Part shown: positions 35,657 to 47,216 of the stretch, one piece after another
Layout of the letters: the number at the start of each line of letters is the position of its first letter
Position numbering within the stretch: position 1 is the first letter of the stretch
Source of the DNA: Lingula anatina
Taxonomy: Eukaryota > Animalia > Brachiopoda
Length of the DNA stretch: 64,000 nt
Direction: 5' to 3'
NCBI GenBank assembly: GCA_051362555.1
Contig: CM120644.1
Span: 24,078,534-24,142,533 of the forward strand
Translations under genes and position numbers: made by a program
Notes under the pieces: model-generated
The model's database searches: none
Told to the model about the DNA's origin: nothing
Seen by the model: only the letters and a program-made list of their open reading frames with translations

Positions 35657-37445
35657 TTACTGTAAATATTGGAATGTCTTAACTTTTCCCTGTCCTTCTG
35701 CCACCACCAGCTGGCCAGCAGGGTTGATGGCTAATGCATTTGGATCCTGCAGCCCATCGAGCTGTGATGCAATGTATCTGATAAACTGTCCCCGTGGACC
35801 CAGTGCCACTACCTTGTGGCAAAGAAAGTCACTAATGAAGATGTGCCCGTAGCTGTCTGTGCACACTGTATCTGCTGACTTCAACTGCCCATCTCCAGAG
35901 TCTTCTGTCCCAAACTGGTACAGATGATCACCAGTAGACGACAGTACATGTACACATTTTCTCAGAATATCTGATATTACAATGTTATCATTCACATTAC
36001 TCACTGTGATGTACTGTGGGCACACACACATACTGAGTGGAATAGTGTTCAGGAGCTGTCCACTGTCTGCATGAAATGTGAAGATGGCTCTCTCCCCTCT
36101 GTCACAAACCATCACATGACCTTCATTGCTCATTGTAATACCACATGGGGCCTCAAGTTGATTTTGACCCATGGTTGTTAGGTGCTGACCTCTGGTGGAG
36201 TACACTTGGACACATTTGTCACCCTGTGATGTTATATACAGGTGACCAGTCTGTGACGCTGCCACATCAAATGGATTGTTTTGTCTAATGTCAAATTTAA
36301 ACTTTCCGGTATGTGTGAATATTTTTGTTGTGCTATTGCCTTTATCCACTACAAACACGTGTTCCTCATCTATGGCTAACCCAGATATGCACATTGCTTT
36401 ATCATGTTTCAGCTGAGAACTGAAAGAATGCACACATTCTGCCTTATTTAAGAAAACAGGAGCTGGACCTAATGTAAGTTGTGACTGTACTGTCACCTGT
36501 CCCAACATGGTTTCTAGTTCAGCAGTAGATATTTTACCTGGGCTGTATGATATCAATGCAGGCGTGTTTAGAGATGAGGCAAGTGTTTTATTCATTGCTG
36601 CTAGTCTCTCTGTCAGAGATTTTGCATGATCTATGATATTTAAGTCTGTGCCATTAGTGATAAGTTCCTGGGCAAAGTCACAGGCATTTTGCAAGGAGGC
36701 ATGGTGGAGATCAAGGATGTACTTGTTTACCTCATTCTGCTTCTTTCTTTCATCGAAAGCAGAATTCACCTCTGATATCAGTGTCTCTTCCCTTTGATAA
36801 ATTAATTTGCACATGCTCTGAACTTCTTTTTTGATGTATTTGATAGTGGCTGCCCTGACTTCAGAGTCGCTTGATTCATTGACTTTTCCCATAACAACTG
36901 TCTGTCCCCTCATAACTGCCTCTTCTATATTGTTGAATCCTTTCCTGGCTTTCACAAGAGCAAATTTAATTTTATCTCTAGTGCATTTTGCAGTTTGCCC
37001 AATCGATGAAATACGATGCCCATATACATTCACAGCATATTACAGTACCGTCATCTTCACAGTAATATTTCGATTCATTATCAGGATGTTTCTCACAACA
37101 GATTGCCCTCTGTGCAGTGGCTTGTGTCACACTATTAACATTTGTTTCTCTAATAGTAGTTGGGACCTCATGCTGCTGTCTCTGACTCAGAATCTCTTTC
37201 GTTTTGTGAACACGGAAATCTTTTCTTAGTCTCACGAGTCCTTCTCTCGGCAATTGTATCCGTTCTTTACAAAGAGGGCAGTAAAATGTCCAGTCCCGAG
37301 ATATAGTTTTCGAGGCATAGTCAGATATACAACCGAAACAAAATGTATGGTAGCAAGGCAGGACACGGGGGTCCTCATACTCTCCCAGACAGATGCTACA
37401 CGTCAAGAGATTATCTGTGAAAGCTGTTGCTAGTGCTTCTGCCAT
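35657..37445 (-). pseudogene. TRIM-NHL paralogue of 21097-22914, frameshifted by a 14 bp deletion in the B-box
   Basis: Split ORFs 36978-37445 and 35657-37033. Relative to the paralogue, CTATGTTCTCTTAG (+ strand) is missing between 37022 and 37023, removing LREHS. Confidence 0.9.
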
Positions 37446-37673
37446 GTCCGTTTTTAGATTTTCAAGTCCCTATTTTATAAAATCTATTTTGTCTTTACAA
37501 AAGAGGCATCGAAATCTCCTGTCTCCAATCAGTAATTTCTTGGCATGGTCAGCTATATAGTTAAAGCAAAATGTATGGTAGCAAGGCAGGACAAGGGGGT
37601 CCTCATACTCTTCCAGTCTGACGCTGCATGTTATGAGATTATCTGTGAAACTTGCTGCTAGTGCGTCTGTCAT
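37446..37673 (-). pseudogene. Upstream extra RING copy, in frame with the main TRIM ATG but ended by TAG
   Basis: MTDALAASFTDNLITCSVRLEEYEDPLVLPCYHTFCFNYIADHAKKLLIGDRRFRCLFCKDKIDFIK*GLENLKTD-MAEALA. Confidence 0.85.
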
Positions 37674-37897
37674 GTCTGGCAGTCTTTTTAATCATCCATT
37701 CCCTGTTTACTTCCTGGTTCTGAAGCTGATCAAAGGAAAAGAAAAAAAAATTACTCATCAAACTTTTAACTAGGCTTCTGTTATGTCGTTTTTTTCTGAA
37801 CCCCTGAAATATGCGTCATTTTCCTCCTTCCCCGTTAAGCAGGGTAGTAAACAAATGTTCATTTAGACTGGATTTATATGCCTAGCTCGATCCAACA

Positions 37898-38068
37898 GGA
37901 TTCACGCTAAATTGCTATCAACTGAAGCAGTTCATATGTCTGCCACGCCTACCGAATCAGCTAGGGGGGACTAACTTTGCGCCAGTAGGTAATTACCCCC
38001 TAACAGCTTTAGTAGCCATGACAGACATTTAGACCGCTTAAGTTGACAATAATTTAGTGAGAATCCCC
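37898..38068. mobile_element. Hairpin MITE-like family, copy 3
   Basis: GGATTCACGCTAAATTGCTATCAACT ... AGTTGACAATAATTTAGTGAGAATCCCC. Confidence 0.7.
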
Positions 38069-38901
38069 TTGGAGATACATCGACTCAAAGTTAGTACAAT
38101 ATAAGGCTCTGGAATTGGTCTCTAATACTCTTTCTATGCCACTTTCCAGTCGGTTCCCCGCCGCCTTCTCTTCATTTCCCTCTCTACCATCTACTCGTAT
38201 TAAGCCCAGGGCAAAAATCATTGGATTTTTATTCATATGATTCAATATAACGGACTGCCTCACTCATCAAAGTCCTCAATTTTATACCTCATGCCTTTTA
38301 ATGTCTTCCGAGAAGACATAAATCGACCGACAATGTCAAGATATTCTTAATCCAAGGTCGTGTCACTGCCTTGTAAATTGGAATAGACAGGAGTAGGCAT
38401 TATGTCGGTGTTAATGATTATTTCGGAACTGGTGACTACTCACGGGTTATTTTTTTCCCTTTTTCTTAAATTAATTTTAGTTTTGGGATAGATTTCGATA
38501 ACGGGACGTTCATGTCATGTGTTAAATATGAAAAATTTTAATCTTTCAGTCCATCACTATTTTTAAAGAAAAAATTCTAATAATCACGTAGATAAGGGTC
38601 TTATTTCTACTTAAACAAAATTGTGAGCATATTCTCAGTAAAAAATGGCTGTCGCTTCTTTTAACTGAATATGTACATGAAAAACCATTATGACGAAGAT
38701 ATCTTTTGGGGTAATCAATATTCATGGGAGCTAGAGCTCAGTCCTTCTTGGAAGGCATAAATCACTTATACTCCTACTGTTCTATGTGTAAGGTAAGCTT
38801 AGCAACCACAATATATCTTTGTCCAATATCAATTTCAAAGGAGGACCGAGACTATGTTTGTGACCACTTACAATTAAACTTTTCGAATATGAAAATGCTC
38901 G

Positions 38902-38958
<57 letters not shown>

Positions 38959-39228
38959 TATCAAACCAGAGGGTGGTCGGCTATATTTATTCAAAAAGGA
39001 AGTTACATGATTTTGAGACACTAAGAGTATAAAAAGGGTATGTTAATAATTTAAAGAGCACAAAGCCTGTCGGTTTTCTTTTTAACCTTTGTCAATTAAA
39101 CCTATGTCAAGTGAAACAATCCTGCTTTCAAACTTGATCCTTTCCTACGTTAAATGTACGTAAGTATGGATAATTATTTCTTCTTTCCATTCATACATTT
39201 AATGATTTACCAAGGCACTGCTTCTGTC

Positions 39229-39277
<49 letters not shown>

Positions 39278-39929
39278 AGCTGTGTATTTATGTATTTTAT
39301 TTATTTATTTATTTATTTATTTTGCGGCAAAAAAAGTATATTTTTATATCAGAGTATTTACGTCTCTTATCCGGTGTTTCGCTGCCGGTTCCACAGATGT
39401 ATAGAAATGTCTGTTATTAACCCTACTGAGCACCTGTGTTATGGATTGGAGTGTACAATGCATATGAAAACAAATCCCCAAATTATCTAGAACAACTTTG
39501 CCAAGTTCTCTATGAAGAATAGGACAATATCCCACAAACGGGATTGTTGCCCTTGGTAAATGCTTGTCGCGCCGCCAATAATTGCAGTTCGCAGTAAACA
39601 CGGTACTAGACACGTTACCGTTAACGAGCATATCCTACTGATAATTCTATGTAACTTTGGTTATATTTGGCAGTGTCTTTTTTAATTGAGTACACATTTT
39701 TACCTCTGTGGAAATCATTGAAACAAAGTATTTGAGGGGGCGCATACTTTGAATTTGAATTAACTATATAAAATATAATTTTTTTTTCGTCGTTATTTGT
39801 CTTTTCTAAACCATTAATCATGTAAGATTTGGTATCTGAAAAAAGAAAAAAAAAATGAACTTGTGAAGATTCTTTTGTCTATAGCTACTTATAATTTTCT
39901 GGTCTTACCAGCCAATATTTTGTCTGCTT

Positions 39930-40220
39930 GCAGGAACAGACAGAGCATTGTTTAACACCAACAACCCCAGAAGATATAAAAATATCTTGGAAAGAGAGCA
40001 ACGGGACCTACACCCTAAAGTTAGTGAAGCATTCAACATCTGCTTACATGAGGCCAAGCGGTATCGTACTGATGGGACTGAGCTACCCAACCTCTACCTA
40101 CCACTCCTTAGGGAGGAGCAGACGGGAGGGGGGGGGGATGTAATTGAATAGCACACCAGAGCGGGTGTTAGGTTGTGCTATCTATCACAACATCATTCCC
40201 TGATGAAGTCTGACTGCACA
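39930..40220 (+). mobile_element. Penelope-like retroelement 3' relic (GIY-YIG endonuclease tail)
   Basis: KNILEREQRDLHPKVSEAFNICLHEAKRYRTDGTELPNLYLPLL resembles the IL.RE....RKxxEA..I.....LNRDGG.ELP..Y..LL tail of PLE endonucleases. It is followed by CCTGATGAAG, the start of a hammerhead core. Confidence 0.6.
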
Positions 40221-41555
40221 CTGAATTTTATAATGGGTTTTATAATGTATAACATAACATTGGGAACTCTGCTCCATCTCATTTATGAATGTTTTGTCAA
40301 GAGTAACAACATTTTAGGGATTGCTGGCATAAGAACTGTCTGTTAACTATTCCGCAGAAAATTATTAAAAGGGGATACGTCTAGAGCATGTGTAAATTAT
40401 AAAAAATACAAATCATCACAAGAAAATTACATGTCTGTGAGACAAGTCCATAAAGAAAAAAAATTCCTTTCATTAGAAAATAGTTACGTCATCAAAACTG
40501 GAAACGACATGTTCGTATTAGCTAGCAATGTCGTTCTCAATAAATAACAGAACTGACGTCTTCAGTTCCAAATCAAAAGGTGTCTTTATTCAATTTCAAT
40601 CAGATACTTAAAACCAATTGTGAGTCAAAATCACAATCTTTCCCGTGTACCTCTTTCACATTCCACTTGGATACCCTCACACATACCCCTAATGAATGCT
40701 AGCGTGTCTTTTACTTCTGACTTCATTCAAGTCTGTGTGAATAGAGCACTTCCACAGTGACTCAGCTTTGAACCAAATAATTGATCTCCTGCTCAATTAA
40801 GTTTTGAGACTACAAATTTTCGTGAATGAAAAAAATAACTATCTATCGCCAATACAATTTTATATTATAAAATTTAAACCATTTCATTAAAAAATCATGC
40901 TTAGTTAAATTTACCCAAACAATAGTTATATGGCCATTTCCTAGTATTCTTATATGAAACTTCTTATTACTGTTCCATGAAAAAAAAATTAGTTCATTAA
41001 TAAAAAAAAAATCAAAATGAGTTAAATACATAAAATATAAGTTGTATTAATTTGGCTATGCACTCTATAATTGATTCTCCTTCAGTCCTTTTATATATAT
41101 ATACCTGAAAATATTTACAATGATTAATCAATTGTGATTATATCCGTCTTGGAATCATTGCATCTAAGATTAAAAAAATGAACCTATTAAAATATCTTTA
41201 AGCATACTTAAATACTACTTTATATTTATAAATTGCCATTCACTCAAAAACTTAAGCACAAGTCATCTATATGCTGTATGAAAAGACATATTTTACTTAA
41301 TAAAAATATTGATAATTTGTTTACCTATATCTCCCTGTCATACAATGACACTATCACTATCAGGAGTATTAACAAATTAAGCTCTATTCATTCTATTAGT
41401 ATCAGTTAAGCATCTTTTGTATATTCAATTCAAGAAGTTAAATTGTACCCTTTAATATATATTAATTGTCATTGACCAACGATATTAATTCTTATAATAC
41501 TCATTTTTCATTTCATTGGATATTTTGTAATCCCTGTTGAAAACAAAAACAAAAA

Positions 41556-41601
<46 letters not shown>

Positions 41602-42143
41602 TTTACATGTATATGTACTTTATACATATGTATGCATACGTGCAAAAAGTAATATGAAAAAAAAACAAAACATGCTTGTTAATACACTTATTAGTTCATT
41701 AAGTTCTCTTTAATCTGAATAATAAACTTTTAATTAATTATCTATTTGATTGCAGTTGTAACCATTGCTAAAATATGGAACAAACAAACAAAATTCCTCA
41801 GTGAATCAGCTTTGAACCCTATAAACTTTAACATAGTCAGACCATCATATATAAATACCTAGTCTTCCACCCTGCTATCACTGCTGTCCTACACACTGAC
41901 TATACCTTATGTTCTGATTCCTACATCTAACAACCTATCCTCAATGTTAAGTTTTCCTTTCATAAGAAACTAGGGGATCAGAAAATAGTAACTTTATCTA
42001 AAATGTAAACAACATGTTAGAGCCACCATATATAAATACATAGTCTTCCACTGTGATATCAGAGCTGTCCTACATCTACAACCTATCCTCATTATCAGTG
42101 ATAACACATTTACAAACATCAGCTGTTTAATATATTTTAATCA

Positions 42144-44033
42144 TTATTCAAAGTGATGATCATAGTTACTGTACACAGGTAAGTACTGGAATGTCTTAAC
42201 TTTGCCATGTTCCTCTGTCACCACCAGCTGGCCAGCAGGGTTGATGGCTAATGCTGTCGGACACTCCAACCCATCATATTTAGTGGCAATGTATCTGATA
42301 AATTCTCCTTGTGCATCCAGTGCCACTATTCTGTGGTTATTACAGTCAGCAATGAAGATGTGACCATAGCTGTCTGTGCACACTCCACAAGGTCCATCCA
42401 ACTCACCATCACCACTGCCTCGTGTGCCGCCATACTGGTACAGCTGATAAGCACTACGGTCATACTTATCATTCTGCTGAAGAGAAGATGACAACATATA
42501 TATACAGTGTTGGTCATTAATTGATATCACAATGTTATCATTCACACTGTTCTCTGTGATGTAACTTTTGTCACTGATGTATTCTGGGTTTCTACACGCT
42601 CTTTTGTACATTTGGGAATTACTGTTTCTGAGTGAAATAATGACCGGGAACTGTACACTGTTGGATGTGAAGAAGTATATTTTTTCTACGTCACAAACCA
42701 TCACGTGGCCTTGTCTGGTCAGTGTAATACTACATGACCTCTTCAGCTTAAGCATGGATGTCACCGGCTGACCGCCGGTAGTGTGCACTACGACACTACC
42801 CTCACCCTGTGATGTTATATACAGGAGACCAGTCTGTGACACAGCCACATCAATTGGACGTTTTAGTTTAATGTCAAACTTAAATTGACCTTCATTTGTG
42901 AATACTTTTGTTCTGTCATTCCCTCTCATTTTGTCAGGACTATATGAATCCACAACGTATGTATATTGCTCATCAATGGCCAATCCAGTTATGCACATTC
43001 TTCCTTTGTCATCTTTCAGCTTAGCACTGAATGAATGGACACACTTTGCCTTCCATAAGAAAACTGGAGTATGCAGCGCTAATCTTGGGTTTGTTTCCTG
43101 ACCAGCTAATGGAGGTTGTGACTGTACCGTCACCTGTCCTAACATGGCTTCCAGTCCGGCAGCAGATATCTCACCAGGACTGTAGGATATCTGCGCTGGT
43201 GTACCTGGTGTTTTCCCCATCACTTCAAGTCTTTCTATCAGAGGTTTTGCATGAATCATGATATCAGAGTCAGTGCCATTAGTGATAAGCTCCTGAGCAA
43301 AGTCACAGGCACTTTGTAAGGAGACATGGTGCAATTCATTTTTGTCGTAAGCAGAATTCACTTCTGATAGCATTGTCTCTTCCCTATGATCAATCATTTT
43401 TCGCATGTTGTGTGCTTGCTTTTGGATCCGTTTGATAATGGCTGTCCTGATGCGAGAGTCCCTTGGTTCAGTGGCTGCTTCGAAGGCACCTGCCTCTTTA
43501 AACATGTTTGTTTCTTCCGTGGTTTTCTTAAGGGCAGCTTTGATTTTGTCTCTGTTGATTTCTGCAACTTGCTCAACAGATGACATACGATGACCACTAT
43601 GTTCTTTTAATATACATTCACAGCATATAACAGTATCGTCATCTTCACAATAGTATTTCAGTTCATTATTAGGATGTTTCTCACAACAGATTGTAAGCTG
43701 TGCAATGACCTGTGTCACATCATGCACATCAGTTTCTTTATTTGGAGATAACACTCCCTGCTCCTGTCTCTGACTCAGGAGCTCCTTTGTTGTGTGAACG
43801 CGGAAATCTTTCTTCAGTTTCACGAGTCCTTCTCTTGGCAATTGTATCTCTTCTCTGCAAAGGGGGCAGTGAAATGTCCTGTCCAGAGATATGGTTTTCG
43901 AAGCATGGTCAGATATACAGACAAAGCAAAATGTATGGTAGCAAGGCAGCACACGGGGGTCCTCATACTCTCCCAGACAGATGCTACATGTCAAGATTTT
44001 TTCTTTAATATCTGCTGCTAATGCTTCTGCCAT
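42144..44033 (-). CDS. TRIM-NHL E3 ligase, 629 aa, divergent NHL and extended C-terminus
   Basis: RING, B-box, shortened coiled coil, NHL with loop insertions. Ends KVKTFQYLPVYSNYDHHFE. Confidence 0.9.
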   Translation of the reverse strand: MAEALAADIKEKILTCSICLGEYEDPRVLPCYHTFCFVCISDHASKTISLDRTFHCPLCREEIQLPREGLVKLKKDFRVHTTKELLSQRQEQGVLSPNKETDVHDVTQVIAQLTICCEKHPNNELKYYCEDDDTVICCECILKEHSGHRMSSVEQVAEINRDKIKAALKKTTEETNMFKEAGAFEAATEPRDSRIRTAIIKRIQKQAHNMRKMIDHREETMLSEVNSAYDKNELHHVSLQSACDFAQELITNGTDSDIMIHAKPLIERLEVMGKTPGTPAQISYSPGEISAAGLEAMLGQVTVQSQPPLAGQETNPRLALHTPVFLWKAKCVHSFSAKLKDDKGRMCITGLAIDEQYTYVVDSYSPDKMRGNDRTKVFTNEGQFKFDIKLKRPIDVAVSQTGLLYITSQGEGSVVVHTTGGQPVTSMLKLKRSCSITLTRQGHVMVCDVEKIYFFTSNSVQFPVIISLRNSNSQMYKRACRNPEYISDKSYITENSVNDNIVISINDQHCIYMLSSSLQQNDKYDRSAYQLYQYGGTRGSGDGELDGPCGVCTDSYGHIFIADCNNHRIVALDAQGEFIRYIATKYDGLECPTALAINPAGQLVVTEEHGKVKTFQYLPVYSNYDHHFE

Positions 44034-44319
44034 GTCAGACTCTCTTCGTTAGTGTACGCGGCGCTAAAAGCTGGCTGTAATGCCGTTGATAAAGGCTTAG
44101 CAAATAAAGTGTCAGTGATTCTCAATTTTCTATCTACTTCCTGGTTCAGCAGTTTTGATGAATAAATATAAGTCTCATGAACACAGTGTTTTAGTATAAC
44201 AAACTCGGTGCACCTTTTCCGCAGCGTAATGTTTTAAATCTGTTTTTCTGGCAAATGTTTTAAATACTTGCAATATCCGTTTTGTTTCTTCCTTTCCCGC
44301 TTGTAAATGCTTACAGGTA

Positions 44320-44395
44320 GACAGAAAATGGCGTCTGTTTATTACTGGACCCTGCCCTGCATTTGAGGTTATACGGCACTTCCGGCCTTCCTTGT
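44320..44395 (-). promoter_or_regulatory. Conserved upstream motif of TRIM copies (YY1-like CGCCATTTT next to an AT-rich box, ETS-like CCGGAAGT nearby)
   Basis: AGAAAATGGCGTCTGTTTATTA here, with variants AAACACGGCGTCTGATTA (~8492), AAACACGGCGTTTATTTATTATAA (~11526) and AAAACATGGAGTCTGCTTATAA (~17982), each ~260-310 bp upstream of a TRIM ATG. Confidence 0.45.
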
Positions 44396-46440
44396 TTAGC
44401 AAGTTTGAATCAAGAAGATTTGGATATAAGAGAAAAATGAGTTTATTTTTCAATTTTGGATCATTTGAAAATTTTGAAATAAATTTTAGAAATAAATTTG
44501 TTCATTTACCTTTAATTTGATGTGTTATTTTTCATATCAGAGTGAAATGTTACTGCCTGGGGCCAGTTTTACATGCCCTCCCCTCTGCTGCATTTTAGTG
44601 CTTATTTTGGCTGACTGGCGGCAGCACCTTACGGGTCATGTCATGTCACTGGCAAGCTATGCCATTAATGTACCCTGATTTTTTAATATTGTTTAGGCCT
44701 TGAATAGAAGTATTTAAACCTGAAGTGTTGTGTTTGTTGATGCATGGGAAATATTTTTAAGAGAATTAAACGTTACAATGGAAGTGAATGGGATTTTTAA
44801 TAGTGGTTTGTAACCTTGAGAGCGGGCTTATCTTTATGTCCTAGTTAAACACACGCAGATGGAGTCAGTAAGGTTACGTAAATACCTTCAAGGAGCGTAT
44901 GTCTCGTTTCCTTTCATTGAACGATTCAAATTCAGATCAGTCAATTTCAGGCCTTGATGCAGAGCAGAGGTGCGTTACTGAGCATGGAGTGTGGCTTAAC
45001 CAACGAAATTTCGGGAGGAACTGTTTAATGTACAATGATGCAACTGAACAAACACCCTACCCCACCTGACGTTATATGATGTCACAGATAAACAGCTGTG
45101 CGCTCTCAATGAGCATCTGGACATACACAAGGAGATAGTTCAACTGATTTAGCCAAGGTGGCCCAGGTTACTAACAGGATCGACATGACACAATTCCCAC
45201 GAGCCCAGTTTTGTTAATTTTTGTGAAAAAATCAGCGTGCCTCCAGTACCAGACAGCAATGTATACTATGTATTTTACGTATTGCTAAAATGTACATAGA
45301 AAAAAGTGTCACCTCTGCCGCATTTATGCAATTGCTACAATGGTACCCATATATTTAAATTTTCTAGAACATAACAAATAGAACATTAACCTACATGTAC
45401 CTGGAAATAGAATATATAGAACTAAATAAAATGAGAAGAAGGAATACTTATCATATTTAATGATATATAGATCAAGATTTATACATAATATGAAAGGCGA
45501 ACATGTCCTTTAATGATTGTAAATTTTTCATCAAACATTTCATTATTTTTAACTATAATTTGTAGACTTTCCTGATCTGATCATCTTTAAATAATATTGG
45601 GACATTTTAGATTAACTCTATCCAAACCCATTCATTTGGTGCCATTCTTGAAATGACTATGGATTTCATTATTTTAAATAATTTCTCAATGAATAGAACT
45701 AAATAAAACTAATGGCTTATCTTTAAATGTCTAAATAAATGTTTGTAATATCAAAATTCTTCATAGTTTTTCTTTCTTATCTTTTTTTCTTTTCTTTTTT
45801 TTCTTTTTTCTTTCTTTTTTTTTTTTTGAAAGGAGAAGTAAAAAGGATTTAAGTTGTTCTTGCTTACGAATCAAGATTATTTTTGCACCCTACCAATCAT
45901 TAAATAAAACTTCGGTAAACATGTAACCGAATGCCTCTAGAGGTGGAGGGCCAGTTCACGTTTGGAGAATATCTCATGCCTATTCTCTACTAGGGTGGCA
46001 GATACTTTAGGAAAATCTTGAAAAAAAAAAAAAAAAAAAAAACAGAGCTTGAAACGACTGTCTATATATCTAATGGCTTATCTTTAAATATCTTGTAAAA
46101 ATTAATATGTCCCCCTGTTAAAGGGTATTTCATGCCCATGTTTTGGTGCATTGTTTTTTCAGACCGATACGTTATTGTGACCGTTTACTGAGTCATTTTA
46201 AGCGGACATCTCACTTTGGAAAAGATGACTTCAAAGATAACTAGTGCCTTCATCGTCACCTAAAATCTTGTTCGCATTTCTAGTTAGTGAGTTTACTGTA
46301 GAATCACAATTCTTATTTTAATTAACAAACTAAATAAGTTAAAACTTGAGATAGACAAAAATTAAAAAAAAAAATGATTTTGAAAAAAAATCCATATTAG
46401 ATATCAAGTGACGATTGGTTTTTAAAGTCAACTACTTGTA

Positions 46441-46558
46441 GGACCAAGCTGAGCTTATATTCAATCCAAGGTTTCCAGGTACAAGAAAATGGATCTTGAG
46501 CAAGCTTTGGGTATCAGGGAAAAAATCTAGGAAGCACATGCATGTTCATTAACTGTTT
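46441..46558 (+). pseudogene. Degenerate copy of the SMARCD last exon with flanks
   Basis: CAAGCTGAGCTTATAT..ATCCAAGGTTTCCAG|GTACAAGAAAATGGATCTTGAGCAAGCTTTGGGTATCAG...AAGCACATGCATGTTCATTAACTGTT aligns with 6131-6252. Confidence 0.8.
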
Positions 46559-46561
46559 AAT

Positions 46562-46565
<4 letters not shown>

Positions 46566-46626
<61 letters not shown>
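46566..46626. repeat. (AT)n microsatellite
   Basis: Direct reading. Confidence 0.95.
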
Positions 46627-46628
<2 letters not shown>

Positions 46629-47094
46629 GGGTGGATATATAACAGACAATTTTATGTTTCCAAGCATTTTGTATGTATGTGCGGAGGCGCGGAGATCATC
46701 GGGAATCAGCGACATCGCTTTTGAAGTGGGACCCGCCATATTTAGTCGGCGGATTACCTTATTCTGAATGCGCTCATAGGCAACTATAGCGTCCCCAGCT
46801 TACATTCGTCAACGACATGTCAACAACATACAGGTTTGTTAACTATTTCCGTTGCAGCATGCATTAATAATTTCTCGTCTATGTCTCCAGGTAACCGAAT
46901 TACATACATGTATACATGTATGAGCAAATGAGGGCATCAAAAGTTACTACAAATGAAAGCATCAAAATAATTTAAAAACTAAACTTCATTCCAGCAAAAT
47001 TTTGAATGGATTATACTTTCATAAATGTAATGCCAGCAGGGAAGCAAAGAAGTTATTATAGAAGGATTCTCATTTCTTTGTTTTTAGCTTAAGG

Positions 47095-47216
47095 GGCTTG
47101 CATGTCTGGCACGCCTACTGAAGCTGGAAACGATAGCCAATTACATCCTAGCAGCTTCAGTAGGCGTGACAGACATTCAAACCACTAAAGCTGATTAAAA
47201 TTTAGTGATAATCCCC
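47095..47216. mobile_element. Hairpin MITE-like family, copy 4
   Basis: ATGTCTGGCACGCCTACTGAAGCTG ... CAGCTTCAGTAGGCGTGACAGACAT palindrome, followed by AATTTAGTGATAATCCCC. Confidence 0.7.

Noticed and set aside
40198-40230. Functional hammerhead ribozyme
   Set aside because: Only CUGAUGA is present, with no closing stem II or GAAA.
44820-45260. Relatively GC-rich patch that might be a decayed transposase or exon
   Set aside because: No open frame or motif I could recognise.
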